Made by a program: the position numbers and the translations under genes. Shown here in pieces: positions 24,202 through 34,667 of a DNA stretch of 45,448 nt (position 1 is the first letter of the stretch; every line of letters starts with the position of its first letter). Location: the IMG/VR virus record IMGVR_UViG_3300022227_000007, positions 1 to 45,448 of that record, one strand, 5' to 3'. The notes beneath the pieces were generated by a model, which was not told the DNA's origin, did not search any database, and saw nothing but the letters and a program-made list of their open reading frames with translations. Origin of the DNA: a virus. Its lineage: Duplodnaviria > Caudoviricetes.

Positions 24202-24770
24202 TAGGCTTTTGAGTACCCTGCGTCAGCTCCTAAAGACTTAGCTTGAGACCTAAGTTGTTGAATCACCTGCTCATACTTTGCTTGATCCATGGGAGAATCA
24301 TAAGTATGTGCAATTTGCTCGCCACCAGACTGTCTGTTATATCTATCATATTCACTCTGGGTCATTTGCTTTTTATTAGCGTAAATTTCATTCGCTCTTG
24401 CTCCCTCTGGCGTCTTCCTATATTTTGTGCCTTTCGAATATCCGCCAGCTAATAAATATTTAGAAATTCCTCTTCCAGAGTTACTGGCGGAGGACCCTCT
24501 ATCGCTTAATCCTATACCATCCCCACCGCCGCCTACATTATCACTGGAATAATCTGTATTTGGATTACTCCTTTGCTCGCCACCAAATCATTGGTTTGCT
24601 TTATTTTGTGTAGTAGTACTACCGCTAGGTGGAACAGGCGGTGCGGTTGAAGATGCGGGTGTACTGGTCTTTGGGTTTTTCTTAGCTTCCTCTTTACTAG
24701 CAGCTTCACCTTTTGAAACTGATTCTCCCGATCTTTTTGCATTTTTCAGAAATCCTAACTCTTTAAACAT
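24201..24770 (-). CDS. Low-complexity protein with MFKELGFLKNA leader, 189 aa
   Basis: Track ORF 24588..24770 reads through TGA to TAA at 24201; AGGAG RBS. Confidence 0.7.
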
Positions 24771-24786
24771 TTAAACTCTCCTTTTT

Positions 24787-24978
24787 TTATGCTTTTGGCA
24801 TTTTTTTGCCAGAAAAAACTCAGTCTTCCATTAATCGCATATACTTTTCATCCTGCTTAGCCTTAGTAATTGCTTTCGCACTTTGTTTATTTTTACTAAC
24901 GATTCTTTTTAAAATATCCATTTCTTTCTTACTAAGTTTCAATGCGCATTTATTAAATCCTAATTTATTTAGACCCAA
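24787..24978 (-). CDS. Small basic protein with LNKLGFNKCA leader, about 63 aa
   Basis: GGAGG precedes TTG 24978; one TGA; TAA at 24787. Confidence 0.55.
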
Positions 24979-25195
24979 ACCATTTCCTCCGTTTTTTACT
25001 TTTAGCTTTCTCCTTAAAGAATGTGCCATCTACAGTATTTGTACTATCACGTTTTCATATCGATAATAATTGGGCCTTTGCTTCAGGATCTGGTGTGCTC
25101 GCAATAGCTTTGTCAATGTTCGCTTTATGTTTACTTAAAAATAATTCATAGCGTTTTGGTAGCGCTATTGTTGTATCTTTAACAGCCTCTGCCAT
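24965..25195 (-). CDS. Hypothetical protein, 76 aa
   Basis: TAATG-coupled start (MAEAVKDTTIALP); one TGA; TAA at 24965. Confidence 0.6.
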
Positions 25196-26028
25196 TACAG
25201 AGATCCTTCTTCGTTTGTCAAGTCATCAATATGTATAGGTTTTGCTATACCACTTTTCGTCTCAGAAAGTTTAAATTCGATATCGTCAAAAAGATCTTCA
25301 CTTGTAGCTTTCTCTCCTGCTATACGATCAATTCTATCTGATAATTTTACAGCTAAGGCTCCTCACTTTTGAGCTAATTCGGGATCAACACGTGCACGTT
25401 CTTTAAAATTATAATAAGAATCAGACATCATATCACGTAGCATCATATCAAATGATTTATCAGGGGCTGCTCCTAATTTTCATAACAAATAGTCCTTATC
25501 CCCTTTAAGAGCAATTTTATAAAATTTCTTCATGTCGGGGTCTGAAACTGCTTCAACTAGACGTTTTTTATCCGCAAAACTAAATTCAGTTACATCAAAA
25601 AAGTATTTTAAAAATAATTTTATATTCTCATGTGAGTATTCAACATTATATTTACCGTTTACTATTAGCTCAATATCTTCAGATGTTATATTAGAGATAG
25701 CTAAGCTAGAAATAAGACGCTTCATTAAAGGGTCGTCTAAAATTGTCATGGCACCTTCAATACTAACAACATCAATACTAGGCGTGTATATATCAAACAA
25801 ATGTCCATACATTTCTTCAATATTTCAATCTTTAAGTCATTGTGATTCTATACTAATAGAGGGATCTTTAAAGTAAGCTGGCTGCTCACTTTTCAAAGTC
25901 TCGTGAAGTTGTTGTACTCCTGGTAAAGGAAAGGTTAAATTATATTTACTTAACCGGTCTAAAATCTCTTCGGGGCCTAAACGCCCAGCAACTAGTGTTT
26001 TCACAAATCGTTCGTGGGGATATAACAT
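25195..26028 (-). CDS. Helical hypothetical protein, 277 aa
   Basis: Joins track ORFs 25837..26028 and 25480..25812 and continues to TAA at 25195; four TGAs. Confidence 0.75.
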
Positions 26029-26030
26029 AG

Positions 26031-26198
26031 TTACAATCTTTCTGCCCTACAAGCAGCATTCTGGCAAACTCACACACGACGGCTTGCAGTGTTAGGTCTC
26101 AGAACTCGTTGAGAAGCCTGTACGCCTTTCTTCCCACAAACTCGGCATGTCCGCGGTCGTGCCAGCTTAGAAGGTGTCTTTTTTAATAGACTAGCCAT
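26031..26198 (-). CDS. Small Zn-ribbon protein, 55 aa
   Basis: CRVCG...WVCQNAAC; fills the gap between neighbours. Confidence 0.6.
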
Positions 26199-26511
26199 TA
26201 AACATTTCTTTTAAGGCTGTTTTATCCAAAGCCATTTTTGTTTCTCAACGCTCAAAGTGACTATCGGCTTTTCCACTAAATAAATTATTTACTTTATCTT
26301 TTAATTCTGCTCAATTTGCAGGCTTATATTCTTCGGCAACTTTAGTAAAAACTTCTGCAAAGTCTTGGTCGGTAACAAACTCTTTTTTATGAGACTCCTT
26401 AAAAAACTCGATTTTTTCATCAAGTGTTGGGTAATCTTTATTTATAAATTCACTCACGGTGTCATCTCCGGTTTCGTCAAAAAAATTGACTGTTATTTGT
26501 TCTCTAGACAT
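26191..26511 (-). CDS. Hypothetical protein, 106 aa
   Basis: Track ORF 26311..26511 extends through two TGAs to TAG at 26191. Confidence 0.65.
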
Positions 26512-26821
26512 CTTTAGTCCTCCTAAACCCTAATTTTGTTAGGCTAGAATATTTATTCTGTTGAGTAGATGCTGCCCCCTCTAACAAATATTTGGTTTCT
26601 AACTGGTCTGAATGTAATTGATACTTATCCCAAACTGTCTTATGTAACTTTTTAGCCTCAGTGCCTGGTAGCTGTGGGAATGTTGCGTGAAACGCTTTCA
26701 GACTTTCCTCAAACTGTTGTTGTTGGGCATCTGGCTCTGCAATTTCCGAAACTGCGGCTCCTCCAGCTGCGCCGACTGCTCCAGCACCAAGCATCTTCAT
26801 AATCTGTTTTTTTGCCATCAT
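26504..26821 (-). CDS. Hypothetical protein with G/A-rich N-terminal helix, 105 aa
   Basis: Intact ORF; GGAG RBS; C-terminal TKLGF motif. Confidence 0.65.
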   Translation of the reverse strand: MMAKKQIMKMLGAGAVGAAGGAAVSEIAEPDAQQQQFEESLKAFHATFPQLPGTEAKKLHKTVWDKYQLHSDQLETKYLLEGAASTQQNKYSSLTKLGFRRTKDV

Positions 26822-26827
26822 TCTCTC

Positions 26828-27223
26828 CTAATTATTAAATAATGCGATTTTTGCTGCATAACCAATTGCTGTCAAAGCAGCTGGCATCATAATTCATAAC
26901 ATTTTTGTAACACCTGTTTTTCAGTTTTTTAAACTTTTTACTTCATGATGTAAGCCATCTATATCATCTGTACGCTTCTTAACATAGTCTCTAGTCTCTC
27001 GTGTTACGCGCGTATTATCATTTAGCTGTACAACAACTCCATCATCAGGGTTATATAATCTTTTTTCGAGCTTATGTAAATCTGTAGATAATTTCTCTTG
27101 GCCTGTCTGAAGCTCATCCATCTTAGCATGCATGCGATCTAAGTCGCCATTCGGAGAATTCTCCTCGATAATCTTTGTCAAAACTTCTACTACATCTTTA
27201 GATGTTACACGTTTTGGGGGCAT
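26828..27223 (-). CDS. Coiled-coil protein with C-terminal TM helix (XhlA/holin-like layout), 131 aa
   Basis: Read-through of the TGA at 26921 adds WKTGVTKMLWIMMPAALTAIGYAAKIALF; TAG at 26828. Confidence 0.6.
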
Positions 27224-27444
27224 TAATCGAAATCTCCAAAATAAAAATTAAGCACAGCATCATCTGGTTTGTCATTAAATGCTGCTATTGTATCGCCCTC
27301 GCCATTATAAATAGTCACTGGGGAATCCATCATCCCTACTGAAGTTTCCACCGTAGCGCCATACGTATCTTCCAAATAGTCTTTAATATGATCCGATACA
27401 TCAGTATGAGGGGTCCTTCCACTGGTTTCTATTAAAAAATACAT
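27223..27444 (-). CDS. Small acidic hypothetical protein, 73 aa
   Basis: Intact ORF, TAATG-coupled to the next gene. Confidence 0.6.
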   Translation of the reverse strand: MYFLIETSGRTPHTDVSDHIKDYLEDTYGATVETSVGMMDSPVTIYNGEGDTIAAFNDKPDDAVLNFYFGDFD

Positions 27445-27450
27445 TAGAAA

Positions 27451-28623
27451 TTACTTCTTATCTTCCAATATCCTCTTAGTTCCATAAGCACCGGCGGCTA
27501 CTGTAGCAGCGCCTGTCACTTGTGGATTCTTTAGTAAGGCAGCACCAATATTACCACGATGCAAAAGCTCCTGTGCTTTTGGATTGGCCCTAGTCCCACC
27601 TTTTACAGCTTTACCTACCGCTTTACCAACAGAGCGAAGAAGTCGACCTGCATGTAAAGCAACACTGCTATCTTTTTCAAATTCGCCCACTAATGCAGCA
27701 ATCTTTTTACCAATGGGTTTTACTTTAGGGAAAGCATTTTTTGGAGCGTGTGTTTTAATTGTAGGAGGGGCTTTAGTAGTACTATTAATATTACTATTTG
27801 CGCTCCCACTCACATTTTTATTTGCCTGTTTCACTTGAGAAGCTAAAACAGCTCCACCAATACTTGCTGTAGTATTTAGTTTACTAGACTTAAAAAAGAT
27901 GCCTTGTTCCGGAGCTTTTTTATTTGAACCGCCTAAAGCATTAGAAGCTAAAAGTCCGCCTCCACCTAATGCTGTGCCCCCAATAACTTTCTTATATTTA
28001 CTTTTCTCACCAACTAGGCGGGCTCCTACAGTTGAAACAAAACCTTCGTTTGTCGCCTTAGGATCAACTTTTGGCTCAATTTTTGGAATCTGTTTAGGAG
28101 GTTTAACTTTAGCCTGCTCTAAACCTTTAATAGCTGCACTCTGTTCTGCTTGAAACTGTTGTGCTTTAACTTTTTTATTTAATCGCCGTTTCTTTTGAGC
28201 GCCTGCTAACCAAGCCTTATCGCCGGCCTTTTCTTTTTGCCATGCCCTTTGCATGGTCTTTTTAGTGCCAGACCGAATTTGTTTACCTCGTGTAGCTAAA
28301 GTTTGAGCTTGGCCTTCTAATTTTTCTGCCTTCTGAAGCTGTGTAATTTGCTTAGGGTTATGAGTAACCTTGCCTGTAATACGTCCGATTCGATCGGTTG
28401 AATAAGTTACTTTACCAGCCTGTGTACTAGTAACACCCTTTACCCCTGTTTGGGCTCCTACTCTGGACTTAATAAACTTAGCTTGTAAAGATTTTGCTTT
28501 CCCTTGGACACCCTTAGCTGTTCCCTTGCCAAAAGCTTTAATTCCTTTAAGTAACGTTTTAACTCCAAGAAGACTTTCTTTAGTAAGTTCGCCATTAATT
28601 GCATCACTAAAATTATTATTCAT
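27451..28623 (-). CDS. K/G/A-rich putative internal virion protein, about 390 aa
   Basis: Probable start MNNNFSDAINGELTKES at 28623. Very basic, with several GxxxG/A-rich hydrophobic helices. Confidence 0.65.
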   Translation of the reverse strand: MNNNFSDAINGELTKESLLGVKTLLKGIKAFGKGTAKGVQGKAKSLQAKFIKSRVGAQTGVKGVTSTQAGKVTYSTDRIGRITGKVTHNPKQITQLQKAEKLEGQAQTLATRGKQIRSGTKKTMQRAWQKEKAGDKAWLAGAQKKRRLNKKVKAQQFQAEQSAAIKGLEQAKVKPPKQIPKIEPKVDPKATNEGFVSTVGARLVGEKSKYKKVIGGTALGGGGLLASNALGGSNKKAPEQGIFFKSSKLNTTASIGGAVLASQVKQANKNVSGSANSNINSTTKAPPTIKTHAPKNAFPKVKPIGKKIAALVGEFEKDSSVALHAGRLLRSVGKAVGKAVKGGTRANPKAQELLHRGNIGAALLKNPQVTGAATVAAGAYGTKRILEDKK

Positions 28624-29914
28624 TATGTACCCCACCAAATTTAAAACGTTCTGTTGGCCTCTTTGTAGAGTTTATAGCGTAAGAATAGGCGCCATATGAT
28701 GGCACGGCTACTGCAGCTGCGCCCGCCGCTGTGGCAATACCCTTTGATGCCCCGCCTCCTACAATACCTTCACCAATTCTAGTAACTAATTTTTTATCTT
28801 TATGCGCAGAAATAGATGCTTCTAAAACCGCTTTTTCCTCTTTTAACTTGCCTTGCTGTTTCGCTATATTTGTAGCCCGTCGAGATTTTGAACGTTTCCA
28901 CTGATCAAAACTTTTCTGCTCTTCTATAGCTGGAGCATACTTGCCACGAAACTTTTTAGCTTTTATCTTAGCTTGCATGTCAATACTGCCTAAATTGCCC
29001 TGACTCTTCACGTATACATTTTGCAATTTGAGCTGTCGTTTATGCCCTACTGCCGCAGCTGCGCCAGCCGCACGTGTTTCATGCTCGACCGATTTAGCAA
29101 AGCCTAAATGTCTCTGAGTAGTCGAAGGAATTTTAGCTCGCACATTTCGTGAAATACCGGCACGTGCTTTTCAATAACCTTGTTGAGATCTTAAGAGCGG
29201 ATTTTTAGCAAAAGTTTTTAATCCTTTTCATGCTTTTGCTAACAGTGGGCCGCCCTCTTTGATCATACTAAGTGCTTCGTCATGATCGCCTAAAGACGCT
29301 ATCTTATGAAGTTCATCTGAAAATGCGACTTCAAAATTTGGATTTTTAAACATAGTATTCTCCTTTGTTTGAATATACTGAACTGCGCTAACTTTGTCAA
29401 GCTGTTTGTCGAAGCTTCGCCAATCAGTATAATTCGTAGGAAGTTTGACCGGATTAGTCTGTTCTGTTTTAGAAACTTTATGCGCAATAGCGGCTGTGGC
29501 GCCAGAAGCAATTGCGGTTGGACCATACTTACCTGCACGATATAAAAGTTTGTCAGTAACAGTAAGTTGTGGCTTACCGCCACGAACTCGACGAGGAAAC
29601 TGTACCTTACCGCCTCCACTAACCTCATAAGCCAAGTCTGGTGTCTTTCCACCTTCATATAATGACTTAGATGCTCGTTGTAACTCGCGTTGGGTCTGTA
29701 TAGCTGCAGGATTACCTCTATACTCCCTTTTTAGAATAGTTTTCTGCCTTCAATTCAAAGGCAGGAGTTTTGTATACTGTTCAGGGCCTCGTGTAAGTTT
29801 TTTAGCAATAGCTTTACTAATAGGTTTATTAGCGCCAAAACCACTCATGATACCCATTACTACTGGGTCTAAGTGTTTAATGGCTCGTGCAATTGATTTT
29901 GCCAATTTAATCAT
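28616..29914 (-). CDS. K/A/G-rich putative internal virion protein, 432 aa, with an internal start at 29353
   Basis: AGGAG precedes ATG 29914 (MIKLAKS). One frame joins track ORFs 29750..29953, 29228..29635 and 28616..29143 via three TGAs. Confidence 0.65.
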
Positions 29915-29924
29915 CTTTATTCTC

Positions 29925-30683
29925 CTAGTCATAAATAAGTTTTTTCGTCCCATATAATGCGGCTCCGACCGCGAGGGGCTTCGTAAGATAAGTTGTCAGA
30001 GCTGCTCCCAAGAAAGGCAAACTTTTAAGTGCTGATTTAAAACCTTTCTGTCTAGCTAATTCTTTTACTGCAAAACCACTGGCACCGACTTCGGACGCTA
30101 AATCTCCCGATGCGGCAACAAACCCAGCCGCTGGAGCATACTTTGCTAAATCTTCATGTGATAGAGCTACAACACCGGCCGCAGGTCCCAACAAAGGTCC
30201 TAACTTTTTTGCCGTAATTATTGATGCACCTGCTATAGGATTTTTCAAGTAATGTTTTGCATGTCCAAGCTCATGTAATGCTTCCGGTATATTTTTACCG
30301 TGTGGTAAAGCCAATTTTGCTGAGCCCATAGTAGGTGGCAGTTTGCCCGATTTCAAAGACCGTTTTAAACTTTTGGTATCAAATGTTACCTCAGCACGGC
30401 CTACCGGACTTATGTTTTTAGCTTCTGCTCCTGAAGTAACCATAATGTTAGGAAGCTTATGTTTCTTCATAGCACTATTCAACATTTTTTTGGTTTCTTT
30501 AGTAAGTGGCACTACTTCTTGATTAACCAAAGGTGCGCCGACTACCCTGCCCACGGCATCACCGGCAACGTGTCCTGCAACAAACGCTCCTGGTGTGTAT
30601 AGAAGAGCGTCAATGGGTTTACTCTGCTTCCCTTTAGGAGGCCCTTTCTGCAATATATTACTTATTTTCTCTATTCAATTCAT
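29925..30683 (-). CDS. Zincin-like metallopeptidase with hydrophobic helices, 252 aa
   Basis: ALHELGHA (HExxH) and downstream SEVGAS (ExxAS third ligand); start MNWIEKIS at 30683 via TGA. Confidence 0.65.
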
Positions 30684-30866
30684 TTATCTTAGTCCATTGC
30701 CACCTCTTCTTCGGCCACGATTTCCCTTACCACCTCGTCTTCGAGCAAATGTCTTCTCACCATCATCATTGATGGTAATCGTTGGTGTCGGTTTAGTATC
30801 CTGTTGATAGTTATCAGCCATAAGAAATGTTCCAAATAGGAATATAATTAGAAAGTATTTAATCAT
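30684..30866 (-). CDS. Small signal-peptide protein with R/G-rich tail, 60 aa
   Basis: MIKYFLIIFLFGTFLMA signal-like N-terminus; RRRGGKGNRGRRRGG C-terminus. Confidence 0.6.
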   Translation of the reverse strand: MIKYFLIIFLFGTFLMADNYQQDTKPTPTITINDDGEKTFARRRGGKGNRGRRRGGNGLR

Positions 30867-31207
30867 TAGAAAGTTTTACTCATATTTAATTGCCAAGTAC
30901 CTTTGTTCGTATTTTTAGGGACCGTTAAAGCTATATTTGTTTGATTCTTATTATAAAGCGGCACACTTCGTGACTTAACCATATTGTGCAACTTAACAGC
31001 TTTTTGTACTTCAGGTGTCTTATATAAATAATCAGCTCCTTCATATGCTGACTGAGCCACGTTCCCCACTCCCTGAGCCACATTTCCCACTCCCTTTCCC
31101 ACTCCCTTAAAAAAATTAGAGATAGGTCCAGGCTGTTTAGGGCTTGTCGTTTGGGATGTTAATTCCCCTCTAGCTATTTTCGTAAAACCTAATTTATGTA
31201 GTAGCAT
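30866..31207 (-). CDS. Hypothetical protein with KLGFTKIA leader, 113 aa
   Basis: Intact ORF with a GVGNVAQ tandem repeat. Confidence 0.65.
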   Translation of the reverse strand: MLLHKLGFTKIARGELTSQTTSPKQPGPISNFFKGVGKGVGNVAQGVGNVAQSAYEGADYLYKTPEVQKAVKLHNMVKSRSVPLYNKNQTNIALTVPKNTNKGTWQLNMSKTF

Positions 31208-31214
31208 AAGCTGT

Positions 31215-31427
31215 TTACTCTTCTAAATCTTGTCCTTCATTGACATGAGCAATACCGCATACAAAATCCCACGCGCCGGTTGCTCCATGAATACATGCTG
31301 CCATATAGTTGCGTTTTTTCAAATTATAAACCATTCCTAATGAGTGCAAGGCAAACAGAGTTCCATGGGTGAAAATAGCAAGATTGTTGAGTTCTTTACT
31401 ATCAGTTTTTGATAACTGTTGTTTCAT
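31215..31427 (-). CDS. Small His-rich membrane protein, 70 aa
   Basis: Two moderately hydrophobic helices carrying spaced His residues. Confidence 0.55.
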   Translation of the reverse strand: MKQQLSKTDSKELNNLAIFTHGTLFALHSLGMVYNLKKRNYMAACIHGATGAWDFVCGIAHVNEGQDLEE

Positions 31428-32780
31428 TTATTTACTTTCATATTTTTCGTACCTCCAATCCAAAAAACTCGGCATCCGCAGTTTACCACTCGGTAATTTA
31501 TTAAGCGCTTTTACTCGTGCGTAACGGCCAACAAATTTTTTCGGATCATTGTACATTTCTTGTCTTAGTTCGTCCGATAGACCGCCTCCAACGCGAATTT
31601 CAGGTCCTTTACCTTCAAATTGTCCTAAAAAGCCTCCTACTGCATTGCCATCATATTTAGAACCTGTAGAAGCTGGAAACGTTCCAGTAACTTCAATATC
31701 GTAGTCCTTAATCTTTTTGGCTTTAGTAGGTACGCTTTTATCTAGATTATAAACAACCACACCCTCACTTGTTTGAGAATGTTTGTTATCAGCTATTTGG
31801 TTATAAAGTTTCGTCTTTGCCTTGGAAGTTGTCGCTAATTCTGGTAATTTTAATTCAGGTACAAGAGCATTAATCTTTTTGAGCATTTCCAATTTTTCGC
31901 TGTATGGTAGACTTTCCACATCTTTCCCTTTATATTTTACCACGTCAAAAATTACATTGTCTAATTTTCCTACAGTTTTCTGTTTTTCACGAGATTTAAA
32001 TACATTAGCATTTAAAACTCCTCCGGTAACATGGCTCTCAGTCTTAGGAATAAAGAGCTCTCCTCGAACTACCGTATTCCCTAATTCCTGAGGGGCTATT
32101 ACTTTATATAAATCTGTGCGATAAGAGTGGTCTATCCGATTATCGGATTTACGGCTCTTACGATATGAATAAACATCAACCCGTTTACCGGGTCTTAAAA
32201 TAAATGTATTATGAGCTCCATCAATTTTAGGAGCAAGAACTTGATTTGTATCTTCAGTATCTACTTTCGTAAATGCAATTTCTTTATATTTAGGTTTAGA
32301 ATCAGGTATAGTTGTATTAGCCTCTGTAGTGGTGTAATTATAAAAAACCCAGTTTTTATCCCCGGTGCGAATTAAGGCATAACGCTCTACAGCAGATCCC
32401 TTATACCTATTAAATGTAATTTTATCTGGCTTAGCATCAAGTACCTCAACCTTCTCTAAAATTTGGCTTTTAACCGTTCCAGCCCCATATCCTTCAGCAA
32501 TCTCTCCCGAAAAACCCATATACTCAGCAGTATGGGTAGGCTGCTCAACAGCAAGCACTTTTTCGCCAGAGCCAGGTAAGCGGCGTGAGGCTCACGAGAA
32601 AGCATGGGAAGATCCATCGCTAAGACGTATATCATAATGTGGGCCTGCTCGTTTAGCCACATGATGCTGTATATTTAGCGTTCATGTAGTATTTGATGCT
32701 TTTGGAATTGGCTCAAAATGCTTACGGTCCGGAATTCCTAACAACGAACTGGTTTTATCAAAGCCTAGCTGTCGCAACAC
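31428..32780 (-). CDS. ATP-dependent DNA ligase with N-terminal LigD-type 3'-phosphoesterase domain, 450 aa
   Basis: PE motif IQHHVAKRAGPHYDIRL...SWA...LAVEQPTH. Ligase motif I PKIDG, then RGEL, FDV, EGVV, KAK and an OB-fold VGGG..LRMPSF..WR. GTG start at 32780 (MLRQLGFDKTS). Confidence 0.85.
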
Positions 32781-32781
32781 A

Positions 32782-33327
32782 CTACTTCCCAGATACTCAT
32801 TTTTTAAATTTAGACACTAGATTATCGCCTTGTGGCACGTCTACCGCTGGGGGTTTTTCCACAGTTTTATTTAGTCCAGGTTGAGCTCGAATTATTTTAT
32901 TATGGTCCTTCCGCGCTTCTTCCTGAGTTCTACCAGTAATTTTAGTATCTAAATTATGAGTAAGTGTACTAGTATAACTTCGGCCTTCTCCAGTACCCAT
33001 CATCTTTCCTGAACGACCTACTCCAAAAAAGGAATGTTTTATTTTTTTAATAGTCTTATCTGGGTAATAGGTTGTATCTGCAGCTACATCATAAGCCTTA
33101 GTGCTTATTGCGCGCTCCATATCCCGACGTTCGTCTGGATTTGCTTTAGCATAAATAACATTTCGCACATTTTGTTTATGATCAGGATCCGTAACAATAC
33201 TTTTATTTAAATCAGGATGTCTAGCTTTTAGGTTTTTTATAAGCTGCTTCTGAGAATCCTCGGGATCCTTTTTAGCTTCTTTATGAAATGGCAGTAGTCG
33301 AGATAGGTCGTATTTTACCGGTTCCAT
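32782..33327 (-). CDS. Basic hypothetical protein, 181 aa
   Basis: Track ORF extends past TGA to TAG at 32782; N-terminal LPFHKEA. Confidence 0.65.
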
Positions 33328-33328
33328 C

Positions 33329-33685
33329 TTAATGTCCCGTCCGACGTCTTAAACGGGCTACAAACGTTCCATACTGCTCTACGTCTGAATCGAATTGGTG
33401 CTTCTTAATTGCGCCTCGAAGACTATCAGCTTTTGCTATGTATGTAGAATCTGCTAAATCCTCAGCTTTAAGAGAATCTGCAACCGTAGTTGCTCCTGCA
33501 TAATTCGGTTTAAAAGTCGAAGATTCCAGTTTGTGCAAGGTCGCACGAGCCTTTTCTAATTTGATCGCTGGAGGATCATCCGGTAATGTAGGCTCAATCT
33601 TTTTCACCTTTACCTTTGTGGAGTCCTTCGCTAATTTTGTTATCCAAGCGGCCAATCACTGGCCAGTCGATTTTCCAAGTTCCAT
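33329..33685 (-). CDS. Hypothetical protein, 118 aa
   Basis: AGGAG precedes ATG 33685 (MELGKSTGQWLAAWITKLA) via one TGA. Confidence 0.65.
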
Positions 33686-33769
33686 TTTTCTCTCCTAACT
33701 AGTATTAACTGTTGTAAAAAAACTTCCCGGGCAACATGCTCGCCGATAAGCAGTTGAGCAGTTGAATAT

Positions 33770-34591
33770 CTACTCGTCGTCGTCCTCTGGACCAGTTTTT
33801 TTATCTTTACGTAACTTTTCACACTTCTTCATTGTATAAGAATCATCATAAATAAACTGATAACAGTTCTCGTCGAGAAGTGCTTTAATTCTATCGATAG
33901 GAATAAAGTATCCCATGTGTGTAATTGGGTCTGCACTGAAGCCCATAGGCTGTACAGTAATTCTACTTGGTATACCTACATATTCATATCTTTTTCTTTT
34001 AGGTGACCATCTATAAATGGCTCCGCCACTATTTCCAAAAATAGTTTGTGCTGTAGACATCCAATAATTAAAATGGTCAATCTCATCATCCATATAAGAC
34101 ACATGTCCCTCTGTCGCGATGGGCGGGTGCCCTAAGCTCGCGCCAACAGCGAACACTTTGTCAAATATATGAATATTATCTATATCGCCCTGTGGAAACA
34201 TATTTGCAACCCAATCAGCAGTATTTTCTTTATCTCTAATACGTAACAAAGCAAAATCCTGTCCACCCTCATACTCAGAATAAGCAATAATATCAGCTTC
34301 AATCGCAAAGCTGCCTATGCAATGAGAATAGTTGTTATAGCGAAAATATTCAACTTGGACAGTGTCTAATGTTTCAGTATCTACCTTCTTCTTTAAAACA
34401 GGGTCCCATTTCTTTTCAACCATAATATTGTCTGCTATGACATGATGATTCGTAACAACATACGTATATGCTTCTCCATTATGTTTCTTCGAATAAACAA
34501 CTGTCCCCGAACCCCCTGCTTTTCCAGTCCGTACACGAACAGTCGGGTAAAACATTTCCTCATGTTTTTGTACTATTTCTTTATGCGCCAT
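33770..34591 (-). CDS. Trypsin-like serine protease, 273 aa
   Basis: GSG, TNHHV (His), DFALL (Asp) and GNSGG (Ser) catalytic triad motifs. Confidence 0.9.
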   Translation of the reverse strand: MAHKEIVQKHEEMFYPTVRVRTGKAGGSGTVVYSKKHNGEAYTYVVTNHHVIADNIMVEKKWDPVLKKKVDTETLDTVQVEYFRYNNYSHCIGSFAIEADIIAYSEYEGGQDFALLRIRDKENTADWVANMFPQGDIDNIHIFDKVFAVGASLGHPPIATEGHVSYMDDEIDHFNYWMSTAQTIFGNSGGAIYRWSPKRKRYEYVGIPSRITVQPMGFSADPITHMGYFIPIDRIKALLDENCYQFIYDDSYTMKKCEKLRKDKKTGPEDDDE

Positions 34592-34667
34592 ATTATACCT
34601 TGGTTATTGTTATTAATAAAATTTTCGCTCAAACTACTCCTCCGAAGGTGGTGTTGTTTGTGCTTAC

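Noticed and set aside
25195-26028. Terminase small subunit or portal assignment
   Set aside because: Only size and proximity suggest it, with no motif support. No portal, sheath or tape-measure gene was recognised in the window.
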